Origin: Eledone cirrhosa
Lineage: Eukaryota
DNA length: 64,000 bases
NCBI GenBank assembly: GCA_964016885.1
Contig: OZ024740.1
Location: 157,046,001-157,110,000, forward strand
Reading direction: 5' to 3'
The translations under genes were made by a program, and so were the position numbers. This document shows positions 30,270 through 45,451 of this stretch, piece after piece (within the stretch, counting starts at the first letter, position 1; the number at the start of each line of letters is the position of its first letter). The notes beneath the pieces were generated by a model. That model was not told the origin of the DNA. It did no database searches and saw only the letters and a list, made by a program, of their open reading frames with translations.

Positions 30270-30770
30270 ATGTTACTCTTGATTTGGCCAGAGGTATTTA
30301 TTTCCAGGTACCTTATAAGTATGACTTTCCGTATTTGTTACTGTTGTGAGATATGGAGGTTTTTTGGTTGTCACTTCTCTGTTTTTAGCCTAAGAAAATA
30401 TCTATATGCGTGTGTAAATAATTACATGCATACATTTATTTTTTTTTATTAATTGAGTTCTTAACATGTAGAATTGATAATAGTTTTAAATAACTAATTA
30501 ACCCGCGTGTATTAATTATTTTACTCTTAATTTGGCCAGAGATTTACATTCCCAATTGCCTTTAAAGCGTAACCTTCCGTATTTGCTGCGGTGATGTGAT
30601 GTGGTTTATTAATTTGGTATCACCTCTGTTTTTAGCCTAAGAAAATATATATATGCGTGTGTAATTAATACATGCATACATTTATTTTTTTAATTTCAAT
30701 TGAGTTCTTAACACGTTGGATTGATAATGTTTTTGAAAAAACTAATTAACCCGAGTGTATATTATTTTTT
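30270..30770. repeat. Local tandem duplication with a ~240 bp period
   Basis: tactcttgatttggccagag...taattaacccgcgtgtat is repeated at ~30275-30510 and ~30520-30760. Confidence 0.75.
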
Positions 30771-31124
30771 TCTTTTCTCGTGTATCATGATTGTCTCCTC
30801 TTCCCGCTTCGTGATGCTATGAAACTTCCTCAGTCAAAAAACTGCTGGAATTTCAAATTTGGCGGTCATTCGATGCGTGAGGGAGCAGCTTAGCAGACAC
30901 GATTTTTAACTGCGGTAAGAATTTTTTCTTATATCAAAGTTTAATGGGCTTCCACTGAAGATTTATAAGTGCCCACCTAAATATATTCTTACATGAATAT
31001 ATGTTAGGCTTCTACATAAACTGGAAATATTCTCCCAATTTGTAGAAAACTTATAATGAAACAATTGTTTGGAAAAAGAGATATACTTTAACTTTAATTA
31101 TATCTCATAAAATAATTGTTTATA

Positions 31125-31285
31125 TTTTAGGCGCAAGGCCAGCAATTACCCAGTACATTACTGGTACTTTACTTTATCGACCCCGTAAGGATGAAAGGCA
31201 AAGTTAACCTCGGCGGGATTTGAACTCAGATCATAAAGAGACGTAACTCTATGCGTCAAAGCATGGCGTCCGACCCTCTACCGAT
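31125..31285 (-). mobile_element. tRNA-derived SINE copy
   Basis: Same family as 12405-12592, reverse orientation. Confidence 0.8.
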
Positions 31286-31442
31286 ATATATCTCATAAAA
31301 TAATACAACTGGCTTTCCACAAAATACATATAGTTAGCACCCCAAACACATAAATTGGGTTATACTAAAATATAACCTAATGTTTGTTGAGTGAGATGGT
31401 TACCAGTCGGAGTTTAGCGTTAAACTATCTCTGTTATTGTAT

Positions 31443-31527
<85 letters not shown>

Positions 31528-31658
31528 GTGAGGTTTTTTTTACAAATTGAAAAATAACCGAGGTGTCCTACACGAGTGAAAGTATAAAGAAAAAGAGATG
31601 AAATCGAAAATGCAACTGGACTCTTATTTTTTTTAAGAATATATATATTTATTTGGTT

Positions 31659-31696
31659 CCTTTACCAGTTTCGCAGTTCTTCTGCTTTTCAAAAGG
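31659..31696 (-). ncRNA. 38-nt minimal hammerhead, U3-A8 core variant (family C)
   Basis: Minus strand reads cctt TTGAAAA gcag-aagaa-ctgc GAAA ctgg TA aagg. Confidence 0.65.
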
Positions 31697-31741
31697 TGAG
31701 TTGAGATGGAGGGTCTGTGGTTTTTCTCACATCTCAACTCA

Positions 31742-31779
31742 CCTTTTGAAAAGCAGAAGAACTGCGAAACCGGTAAAGG
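31742..31779 (+). ncRNA. 38-nt minimal hammerhead, U3-A8 core variant (family C)
   Basis: cctt TTGAAAA gcag-aagaa-ctgc GAAA ccgg TA aagg; stems I and II perfect; palindromic ACCGGT stem III. Confidence 0.72.
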
Positions 31780-31857
31780 AACCAAATACATATATATATT
31801 TTTAAAAAAAATAAGACTCCAGTTGCATTTTCGATTTCATCTCTTTTTCTCTCTCTG

Positions 31858-32675
<818 letters not shown>

Positions 32676-33068
32676 TCTCTTACAATGATTAGCCGACAAG
32701 GATATATGAGTATTTGAATAAATTTAGGGAATTTCTTGTGAAATGATTGTCAATACGTTCGCAGCAATAACGGAAAACAAACACAGATATTATGTAGCTA
32801 TGCTGATAAGCATATATATAAATATTGGCATATATATTTACGCATATATGCATATTTGTAGATAAACATGAATGAATTGTATGTTCGGCCTTTCAAGAAA
32901 ATGACTGAAGTCATTTGTATGCAAGCATTTTCAAATATCTAGGCATGTAAATGTTACAGAAATGGAAATGCAAGAATGTATAAGTTTGCATTAATCTGCA
33001 TTAACTTGAAGAAAGTAAACTGTGTCCAATATATATATATGTTTATATATATGTGTGTGTGTGTGTGT

Positions 33069-33114
<46 letters not shown>

Positions 33115-33135
33115 GCGTGTGTGTGTGTGTGTATG

Positions 33136-33643
33136 TACAGTGTGGGTGAAGAGAAACTCCCTATTGAAAGATTTTCATAATTGTTTGATTTTTGTAACCA
33201 TTTGAGACAACATCAATGATCTCATACTCATGCAAAATGGATCCCTCGGCATTTTGCACGCACTGTCCATGAGATGCTTGATGTCCATTTCTTGTAAGTT
33301 AGCTGAGTCATCAAGGTTCACGGGAATGACCAGCTAGAAAACCTGACTTAACGCCATGTGATGTTTCCTGTTAGGTTGGCGAAGGAAGAAGTTTATAGCT
33401 TACAACCAAAACCTCTGACTCAATAGGAAGAACGCATTCTTCATGCAATAACAAAACTATCGCCTGAGTTCGTTATGAAGTCAGCCTAGGATATTGCCAG
33501 ATGATTACAAACACTAGTGGGCAAGGTTGGTGCTTATTTAAAAATGTAAAACTGTTCAAAGTATGACACGCTTTATGAATATCGACAAATGATTAATAAA
33601 GTTATTAGCAATTCTAAATAGAGTATTTTCCACCCAACCTGTA
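33136..33643. mobile_element. Tc1/mariner-type non-autonomous DNA transposon
   Basis: Imperfect TIRs tacagtgtgggtgaagagaaactccctatt / aatagagtattttccacccaacctgta with TA ends. Confidence 0.6.
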
Positions 33644-33678
33644 TATGTCTATATGTGTTAATACACACACACACACAC

Positions 33679-33757
<79 letters not shown>

Positions 33758-33992
33758 TATAGATATATGCAATGGCGGACTAGGTCTAAAATTATTGGTT
33801 GCCAGGAGATGGAGGGGGATCACCTACATATAGAATGCTATCATTTAATTTTTATAATGAATAAATAACATTTTCGAAAAATACATAAATGGAAACAAAA
33901 CAGCGCAATCAAAATTTTGCGGGAAAATATTTTACCTTCTCCAATAAAAATATTATGTATTTTGCGAAATCCAGAGACTTTCAATAACGACC

Positions 33993-34441
33993 AGAAGTCG
34001 ACCCTAAATATTACTAATACCTCTAGGAAAGCCATGAACGACGCCACATCTTTTAAACTTTGATTTTGAAAGTAGGTTTATAATTATCAATTTTCGTTAT
34101 ACTTTTGTAGCTGCCTAGTTGGAGGAAGCATTGACGGTGATGATGCTGGTCTGAAGTTCGATCCTGGGCAGGAGTATGGTTCCCAGTTAACCTTTTCAGT
34201 TATTTTTCTATTGGTTGTAAAATAAAAACTGAAAATGGTTGCATGTACCTCTTGACCAGGATTGAACCCAACGCCAGGATCTCCACTGTCTCTGGTACCT
34301 ACCACTAGGCCACAGAGACAACTACGAACATCTTATGAAAATGCATACTTATAAACCTACTTTCAAAATTTTCAAAACAAAGTGTTGTGGTGTCGTTCAT
34401 GTCTTTCTTGATGTTATTGCACCTACTTAAGGTCGACTTCT
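33993..34441. mobile_element. Fold-back element with ~90 bp imperfect terminal inverted repeats and internal tRNA-like sequences; partial second copy at ~34845-35205
   Basis: agaagtcgacc...ggtcgacttct ends; minus-strand A box tggcctagtgg and B box ggttcaatcc within 34248-34318. Confidence 0.6.
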
Positions 34442-34676
34442 AAATCATTTGGGTGTTCCATAAACTATATATCCTCGTTTTGTTTCACATCCATCTAGAC
34501 TATATTCTAACCAGTAATCCATGTTTCATTTCTGTTGCACCTCATTTCTCCCCACTCTTTCTCTCTGTGATATTTGAATCTACTATGATTTGGGCTTACT
34601 TTATTCATATATATATGTTTTTGCATGTCAGATTCAAACTTACAATGACTGGCATTATATATACATACATACACAC

Positions 34677-34755
<79 letters not shown>

Positions 34756-35293
34756 TGTTTGCTAAAATAATCAAATTAAATTAATTCAACAGTTAAACAC
34801 AGATATGAATAATAAAGGTTGTTACCAAAAGGCCAGAAGATTGATAAGTCGACCCTAAATATTGCAAATAGTTCTAGGAAAGCCATGAATGACAACATAT
34901 ATTTTAACTTTGATTTTGAAAATACGTTTATAATTATCAATTTTCATTATGGTTTTGTAGCTATCTTGGTGGCCTAGTTGGAGGAATCATAGACGGTGGT
35001 GATCCTGTTTGAGAGTAGGGTTCCCGGTAAACCTTTTCAGTTTTTTTCTATCGGTTGTAAAATAAAAACTGAAAACGTTTGCATGTACCTCTTGACCAGG
35101 ATTGAACCCAACGCCAGGATATCCATCGTCTCCAGTACCTACCACTAGGCCACAGAGACAACTACGAAAAACTTATGAAAATTCATTCTTATAAACCTAC
35201 TTTCACCACTAATTGGTTTGACAGATGTCTTTAACCCATTGATACCAAATATTATTTGGTCAGTAGTTCGTATGTAAGTATATAAATATATAA

Positions 35294-36174
<881 letters not shown>

Positions 36175-39038
36175 ATATATATATATGCTTGTGTGTCTGT
36201 GTCTATATATGTATGTTTGCATGCATGAATACACTAAGCTTTAGATTTAGTATAATTTACAAGCACTGATTCCTGCTATTTGCACTATTATATATTTTTG
36301 TTTCTACTAATTCCCTGGGGAATTGGTTGACCAAATGCTTTGCTTAATTGTTATTTGTATTCTTTCTCTTAGATTTCAAGTATTTTTTGAAAGCAAAGCA
36401 TTGGCCCCTAAAATACTACAGTGGGCCCTGCAATGCTACTGTGGGCTCTTGCAATGCTATCGTGGGCCCCCTTGCCATTGGGCAACCTGGAAACCTGGCC
36501 AGTCCGCCACTTTATATATGTATATATATTATGTATATATCTACATATATATATATATATATATGTTGTGTGTGTGTGTGCGTATGTTAAACATAAGCAT
36601 ATATATATGTGTGTGTGTGTGTGACTGTAATGAACACAGCTAACTCAATCTCAAAACACACCCTATTCTTTTAAAAAGAACAATTACATATTGGATAAGG
36701 AAGTCTCTGATTCAATGCGGAAAAACGATAAAATCACCTGGTTTGGGTTGGAATGTTTTTTTTATTTTTTATCAAAGGTGTTTCAATCAAAACAACCTGA
36801 GGATAGAGAACATCATCTTAGAATAGTAAATGCGCACAACCATACACACACACGTACATACAAACGCACACACACACACACACTCACACACACTCACACA
36901 CACTCACACATACTCACACACACACATATTTATATATATTAACACAGTAGCCATACAAAGGGTGTTATAGTAAAACTATTTTAATATATTATTCCTTGTT
37001 TGCAGGATCTTTTGCATCCATATAAACCATAACTTATTTTGCCTCAATACTGAATGAGTAAACGCCACTGAAGATTGATAAAATTCAAACACTAGTGTTC
37101 TCGTTTTCATTCGGCTGCTGAGGCAGCTGTGAAAATTGCCCTCTCCATCTCTTCCTGCAGTGATGCGCCTCACCAGCGACTACCGTAGCAATATATTTGT
37201 GCCCTCAGCTGGGCTTTTTAGTTTTAGAATGGTCAGAATTTTTGAATTTAACACCTGTATGTATAACTTTTCGAACTAACTTTGATATGTAAAATTGGCG
37301 GGGGCTGTGTATTCTAATTTGTTTGTTTATGAGGGTGACCCCTAAATCTGAAGTGACCCCGGCCACCCAAAATATAAACCCAACCCTGGAGGTAAGCACA
37401 TTTTGGATCTCCACACGAGATATATATTTTCATATATTTCAGAGGATATTTTTTCTGCCTTTTTCTCATTTCAGCTCTGGGATTATCTCATTTATTCAAA
37501 TGTAATTAAATGATGAGTTTTATGTTATGCATTGAGCTAATATTCTGCTTACCACATTCTTATTTCTAATTTATTTTTTTCTGTTGTGCACAAAATCTCA
37601 TTTAACCTATAATATTAGGTTCATTTGGAATGATTGAATCATGCAATTACATAAGGAAAGCTTCAGGATTCAAACATATATCCATCATACATAACATAAC
37701 GCTACACCGTACTGCACGCTTGTTACATAGAATAATTTTAATGTAATAGAAAATACGAAAAGACGTCATATACTTCACTTGCCCTAAGTACACAGAACTG
37801 CAATAATAAAATAAGACCACAGAAAAAGTATTAGCAAGGTATTCGAATAATTTAATTAGATATATTGCGCTTTTTCACTTCTTTCAAATGACGAAATATA
37901 ATTTTCGAAAGTATTTGGCAAAACGTGTGAATTGATTTGACATGTCTCAATGAGAAACTGAAAAGGTAGCAACAGCGAGTCATTATGATGTGTTAACAGA
38001 GAAGGGATAGCGTACAATTTAAAGATTGGCAACATTGTGACTGACAGTGGGATAAATAAAATTCAGAAGGCTAACTAAAGGTGAAAAAAGCTATTAAGAT
38101 GCAAACTAGTGTGTGCATATATAGGGGACTGTATAGAATGATGCTAAGAAATGGTACTATCAGGTATGGTAATATCTTACTGAAAATTTCTCCTAAAGAT
38201 AAAAAAACTCCAGCAAAATATTGAATCTGTCACTCCGTCGTTTCTGCCACATTCTCTCATAGCAACAATAGTTTCCAATTTTGTCATTTATATCTATCCA
38301 ATTTGATTGGTGTTTTATTTCATCGATCTCGGAAGGATAAAAAGCAAAGTTATTGAACTCTGAATGTAAAGAGTCGGAAAAATACTGGTAGGCATTTGTT
38401 TGACGCTCTAACAACTTTACCAATCTACCACCCTCTAGTACTTGACTAGAATTGTAATTTAAAGACTTCGAAATCCCATGTTGAACTTGGCAGGATTTAC
38501 TCGAAGTTAACGTTGCCTTCATAAGAATTTCTAACATAGGCATAAGGTCAATTAAAAAGAAAATGGAATGCAAGCGATAGTCGATGTTATTGATCACAGT
38601 ACTGGATGGTTGAATGAAAAGCAAAGTTGAATTCGGCGGTTGGTTCACTCAGAAAAATAAGGGCCGCAACTAAACAGCGCAAGGGGTTAATTCTGACGCT
38701 GTAGTCACCCTTCGTAATATTAATACCATCATAACTGCAATATCAAAAACAAAACAACAGTGTATCATGTAAATAACGGAACTACCATACTAGATAGTAA
38801 TAACATAATTGAAATCTGTTTATTTTAAGTACTGTTTTTCTTACTTATTTCTAGCAGGAACATGGTGCTTACTTATTTTATCGTTCTGATAATAGGATAG
38901 GAGAGGCTAGTGATATATATAATGAAGATAGTACGAAACTTATTTTCGGTAAATCGTGTTGTTTTTGTATACAAGTTAACAAAGGATACACACACATACA
39001 CACATACACACACACACACACACACACGCACACACACG

Positions 39039-39110
<72 letters not shown>

Positions 39111-39434
39111 CAGGTTTAGCAAATAATGGAAAAGTTTCAAAATAAATTTTAAAAAATTGACTTTACTTACTATAGTTACCTTTACCGAATCGGTTTCGAA
39201 TCTCAAAAATAAACGGAGACCATACGGCCTTCGTTGCAAAGAAAGATTCTCGTCAGAAGGTTCCTTTCATTCGAAGAATATAAAATTCTTGAATTTAAAT
39301 TACGAACTAGCGCTATCCAAAAGTGTTCTCGAGATGAGAGTAAATGAAGTGGAATCAATTTTTTCAAGGGCCGAAGTAAAGATAGAGGCAGAGGGAGGTA
39401 GGTCAAACGGCCACCACTATCACTAGCAGCAGTC

Positions 39435-39485
<51 letters not shown>

Positions 39486-39560
39486 GAGAGAGAGAGAGTG
39501 CGGTGCTGAGACCGGGAAAACCACTGAATGCATGGGAAGATGCAGAGTTGGTTTAGAGAT

Positions 39561-39691
39561 ATGTAAAATCCTGATCGTGGCGCCAAGCAGTTTCAGCTTG
39601 TATGTTCAACAGAAGGGTGTAGTTCACCCTCGTATAGGCTTGCTGAAGACACAAGCCGAAACTGCTTGACGCCGTGGTTAGGATTTTACAT
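39561..39691. repeat. Imperfect ~130 bp hairpin
   Basis: 39561-39611 pairs with 39641-39691. Confidence 0.75.
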
Positions 39692-39699
39692 ATAAATAA

Positions 39700-39839
<140 letters not shown>

Positions 39840-40626
39840 GCGTGTGTGTGTGTAAAATTTCCGTCGTTTCCGTTCCCTAGGCCACTTCCCTCTACATACT
39901 TCAGTCCTTGGTGTTCTTGCACATCACGGATCGCTGGCCTCGCGCACCATGAATGAGTGGGGTCTGATTTCCCGCCTTGGGCCGAGCTTCCCGAATATAC
40001 TCAACTCCCTTCCCCAATGTCTTTAATCTTGCACGCATTTGCTCGCGCTTACTTCTATACCGCTAGCCACTTTCACCCCTCCCTCCCCCGCTATCACACA
40101 TGTACGTATACATTCACTCCTAGGTTCCTATGGCACTGTTACAGTCAGAAACACACTCTTCCAGATTGTACAGACAAACAACAAACACGCATACACCACT
40201 ACATTTACCATCACAGCTCTGTACTGACCAATACACACACACGCACGCCCATACTAACACATCCTTATAAACGTATACACACACATATTCTCACAGATTT
40301 GTACTTACAACAATTACACGCACACGCAAGCACGCATACTCACTCTCTTAAACTTATATAGACACACATGTATCCTCTTAGCTTCGTACAGACATACAAC
40401 AAAAACATACGCGTGCGCACATGTACACGCTCTATATATAGAACGATTTTTCCTTTTCAGCTAGACGCGTTTGATCACCGCCTTTTCATACAGACCAACA
40501 CCAGAAACAACAGAGTTCCAGAGATGGCGATTTGAATAGACCTGTTTTTTCTCAAAGAATTTGTTTTTCTTTTTCGTTTCTGCCACTGCCTACTCTCACC
40601 TATTTCTACTTTAAATTCTCATTCTA

Positions 40627-40662
40627 TTTTCTGATGAAGGAGTAGCGTCTGAAACTTAGACA
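40627..40662 (+). ncRNA. Degenerate minimal hammerhead-like motif
   Basis: tttt CTGATGA agga-gtagcg-tct GAAA ct TA gaca; cores intact but stems weak. Confidence 0.35.
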
Positions 40663-41185
40663 CTTTTCCTACTATATCAAGCGTAAAACTAATATATTGC
40701 TTCAATGTACTGTGTCGTTTGCTTTGCTATTTTTCTATGCCTTTTGCACACACACATACATACACACACACACACGCACACACGCACACACATATACACA
40801 CACATAGACACACACACACATATACCTACACACACACGCATATATATATATATATGTATATATATTCTTCTTCTTGTGTCATCCCTCCTTCGAGGGTGAA
40901 GTATTCTTTTTGATTTTCCTAATAGCTATCTGTGTTTGTGTGTGTTTGTGTGTGTTTGTGTGTGCGTGTGTATATGTACAGAGAGAGAGAGGGGGGACGA
41001 TGGGAACTTGATTGAAAGCCTCTCGAATGAACTGTACATGTAATTCAAAGGTCCAGACTTGTCACACATAGTTATGCCGAATCTCCTGTGAGGATTACGT
41101 TAAGTCTGTAGGTTTTTGTGAAATGCTCAGCTACCACCACATTAATTTCATGAGCGGGTACAGAATTTATATAAACACGCATACA

Positions 41186-41237
<52 letters not shown>

Positions 41238-41242
<5 letters not shown>

Positions 41243-43103
41243 TAAAATAACAGATTAAAGTTTAAGCAAAGAATCGCTGCTTTCACCCTTAACGGGATCT
41301 TCTGAAACTAACAAAGTCAATCTGTAAACGCAGAAGTGGATATTTCAAAAAACGTTGCAACCGGAGGAAGACAGGAAGACGATACTTTGGTTCGTGGAAA
41401 CGTTCGCTATGCAAATAAGTAATGGTATAAACAAAACATATACTTAGCTCCCGCATCAAGACGTAAAATATCCACGTATAGATCGTACTATCCGTTAGGG
41501 TATAACGTGGGGCTGTAATACAGGAAAGTTTTGTGCAATTTATGTTTACAAGCCGAAATTGCCTCAGATTTTTTGTTTAACATGTGGTCTGTGGCGTTGA
41601 GTATTTCCAGGGCCTCAGCGGCGCAGAGGTCACATGGTCTTTTATTTCCGTTATACGATCTAGCCCTAGCTAGGATCTCCCAGTGTAACTTATATTGGGT
41701 GTGGTTGTCTTTTAGACTCCAGATATAAGCTGAAAGTGACGTCATATTCCTTCTTAGAGAGTAACGAAAAGAATGGGTATGCATGTAAAGACGCTGCTTG
41801 AATCTATTGGCGGTTAACCCTATGTACCCTACGGGACGTGGGTGTTACAACCTTACATTTGTAGACAATGTTACTAGAGAGGCATTTCTCGGATAGGGGG
41901 CAATCAACCCGATTCCTACAATTACAGTTAGTACTAACTACAGGGTTGCACGTGTTCCTACGGCTAGGTAGTTTAGCTAAATTTGAAGCTGTGATGTTAT
42001 GTGCAAGGTTAGGAGTCGTAGAGTAAGAAATTTTAATAGTATTTCTATTAAAAATGTTACTATCTTTATGTGTAGGGGGAAAATGCTTCGTAATAAGGGA
42101 AAGAAAGATCTTAGCTAATGGTGTGGCCACCTCCATATTATATGGTGGGTTATACCAACAAATGCGACGGGATCTATTTCTTCTAGGTCTATTTTCGTAC
42201 TCTGTATATGCTACCTTATCGACAAATCCACTTCGAGCAAGAGCTTCATTGTAATAAGTGGAATGGTCGTTGAAAATTCGCTCGTTGGTGGAAAGACGGG
42301 AAAGCCTCAACGAAACGTTTCTTACCAGGTTCTTGGTTATGCTGGCAGGATGGTTGGAATGCTTACTTATGTAATTAAGTGTATCATTCGGCTTTCTATA
42401 CGGGTAATACAACCCATTCAATAAATTGAGGGTGACGTCGAGGTAATTAACGAACCAGAGATTGGCCTCAACCTGTATAGAGAGGTTGAAGCCTTTAAAG
42501 AAGGCTGTGAGTTCTTTTCTGAACCTGTCGCAAGCACGAGGTCCGCACTTAGTCATGGTCAAAAGACCATCGCCACGGTACAAACCACCGCCCGTGTTGG
42601 GGAATTCATCCTTGATAGAGAAAAGAAGGAAAAGGCCGATAAGATCAGTAACCTCCGCAAAATCACTGGCGCCCATATTCACGTCGAATGGGGTGCCATT
42701 GGATTTTTTAATCCAAATAGAGTCGTCGAAATTAATCACCGATTTCAGGTATGGAGGATGACATCAACTTCGAAATCCTTAACCACTGTGAGTGTTTTAG
42801 CGAAATTGATAGCTCTAAGGAGAAGTGGTAAAGTGATGGAGGAGTAGTAATTGTTGATGTCGAATTGGATAAAACGGCAATGTTCTATACAGGTTGAGGC
42901 CAATCTCTCGGTCATTAATTACCTCGACGTTACCCTTAATTTATTGAATGGGTTGAATTACCCGTATAGAAAGCCGAATGATACGCTTAATTACATAAGT
43001 AAGCATTCCAACCATCCTGCTAGCATAACCAAGAACCTGGTAAGAAACGTTTCGTTGAGGCTTTCCCGTCTTTCCACCAACGAGCGTATTTTCAACGACC
43101 ATC
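41238..43103 (-). mobile_element. 5'-truncated Penelope-like element (RT plus GIY-YIG) with a 3' hammerhead-bearing terminal repeat and a 5' inversion
   Basis: FIQFDINNYYSSI, FDVNMGASD, LYRGDG (degenerate YxDD), YLDVTLNL, SNHP, WYNPPY, CNCR..CPL...C, then TSLSAYIW...CDLC...LNKKSE..SACKH; 42883-43103 is an inverted copy of ~42263-42482. Confidence 0.93.
41259..41309 (-). ncRNA. Type I hammerhead, CAGAAGA core variant (family D), sense to and downstream of the PLE ORF
   Basis: Minus strand reads agttt CAGAAGA tccc-gttaa-gggt GAAA gca-gcgattctt-tgc TT aaact. Confidence 0.65.
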
Positions 43104-43308
43104 ATATCACCCGTAAAATAAGCTCCAAGATTCTAATGAATAGGTCCGACCATTTTATAACAACTAGAAATTGATTAACATATAAATAAAGATATGAAAC
43201 AATCACAGGGGATAATTTTTACAAGTGTGTAAGCACACATAGCTAGGTAGGTAACTAAATAAAGTTAACTAGAACTTCAAAAATAGATACCTTATAATAT
43301 GATTAATC

Positions 43309-43997
<689 letters not shown>

Positions 43998-44179
43998 GAT
44001 AAATCTACCAAAATGTACGGTAGTGTCCAATCCGTATGAAGAACTCAATGTAATCCGAATATCATGAAAAGAGAAGATGTATTCAAAAATTATTTTCCCA
44101 ATGAAAAATAACGGAAAACCGAGTCAAGATAAATAAAAATAATGAATAAACAAAGAAACAGTTCCTTATATTAAAAAAT

Positions 44180-44317
44180 TCATCATTTTACGATCGTTTC
44201 TAGGATATATATGTTAGTGTTGGTATGCATATCCTATAGAGCTATGTAAAATTTTTACAAACTATCAGAGGGAATATACATACATACACATATATATGCT
44301 GTCTTCAGAAATAATGA
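44180..44317 (-). ncRNA. Type I hammerhead with ~100 nt stem II domain (family E)
   Basis: Minus strand reads tcattattt CTGAAGA [long stem II] GAAA cgatcg TA aaatgatga. Confidence 0.75.
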
Positions 44318-45167
44318 TATTTGTTTATTGAAAAAAACCAACAAAGATTTAATACAATAGGTCTGTTTGGGAACAGGTTTTGAATTGACCAATCGTGTAA
44401 TCATAAACTGAGAAAAACCTTTAAATATTATAAACCTAATTAATATACATTTTAGAAATTATTATAATAACACTTTTTTTTAATTTAGTTAACCTATAAT
44501 TAATACTCTACTACTAATGAACTACATAATTTTATTTTCCTTTTTACAACTATCTTTTCCTAAAATTGATACCATTAAGTATACATATATACTGTTTTAA
44601 TTTCAGGTTATAATTCTATGTTCCTTGTAATCTCTATATATTTGTTATTTCTCACTAATAAATTTACCCCCCCCCCCCCAATAATTATATATATATATTT
44701 GCTTTATTTCCCCTCGTCTTTAACAGCACTCTTCAATTACATCTAACTCTTATTTATCATATCTATATGCATTAATATAATTTGATCAATATAAATATAC
44801 CTATCAATTTAATTAATTTATTTTCTTTTCATAGATGTAAATTCCATATATATTTTTTTCACTAACACTTTTATCGTAAAATTTTAATCTCCTTAGATAT
44901 TTACATTGGCCTTATTCTTTTATAACAGCAATTTTTCGTGTACCTCTTACCGACCTGACCTATTTTCACCCCTAAAATAACCTTTTCATTCATCATACTC
45001 CTTCCATTGAAAACTGAAATCTGCCTTCTTCTACCCCTAAATTAAACTTCCATTACTACTATTTTACCATTTAGCCAGTTATTACCTTTCTATTGGTCAA
45101 TTCAAAACCTGTTCCCAAACAGACCTATTGTATTAAATCTTTGTTGGTTTTTTTCTATAAACAAATA

Positions 45168-45305
45168 TCATTATTTCTGAAGACAGCATATATATGTGTA
45201 GGTATGTATATTCCCTCTGATAGTTTGTAAAAATTTTACATAGATCTATAGGATATGCATACCAACACTAACATATATATCCTAGAAACGATTGTAAAAT
45301 GATGA
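45168..45305 (+). ncRNA. Type I hammerhead with ~100 nt stem II domain (family E)
   Basis: tcattattt CTGAAGA cagcatatatatgt...acatatatatccta GAAA cgattg TA aaatgatga; 9 bp stem I. Confidence 0.72.
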
Positions 45306-45400
45306 ATTTTTTAATATAAGGAACTGTTTCTTTGTTTATTCATTATATTTATTTATGTATATATATATATATATATATATTTATTAAAATAACAGATTAA

Positions 45401-45451
45401 AGTTTAAGCAAAGAATCGCTGCTTTCACCCTTAACGGGATCTTCTGAAACT
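45401..45451 (-). ncRNA. Hammerhead, CAGAAGA variant (family D)
   Basis: Identical motif to 41259-41309. Confidence 0.65.

Larger units (their letters stand above)
31587..31850. repeat. Fold-back element with divergent hammerheads (family C)
   Basis: Arms ~31587-31708 and ~31730-31850 are near reverse complements; flanked by (TA)n. Confidence 0.9.
44131..45355. mobile_element. Non-coding element with ~260 bp terminal inverted repeats, each with a hammerhead (family E)
   Basis: ~44131-44392 is the reverse complement of ~45093-45355; AT-rich spacer; homologous to 4051-4570. Confidence 0.85.

Noticed and set aside
32943-32993. Putative exon HVNVTEMEMQECISLH resembling the helix with the first Cys of the GPCR
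   Set aside because: In-frame stop, no good donor, and the Cys spacing to the next exon would be too short
34248-34318. Functional tRNA gene
   Set aside because: A and B boxes are present but the acceptor and anticodon stems pair poorly, and it lies in a repeated element
38858-38948. Open AG...GT segment EHGAYLFYRSDNRIGEASDIYNEDSTKLIF ending in phase 1
   Set aside because: Phase-compatible with the 54594 exon, but it lacks the expected conserved Cys and has no recognisable homology
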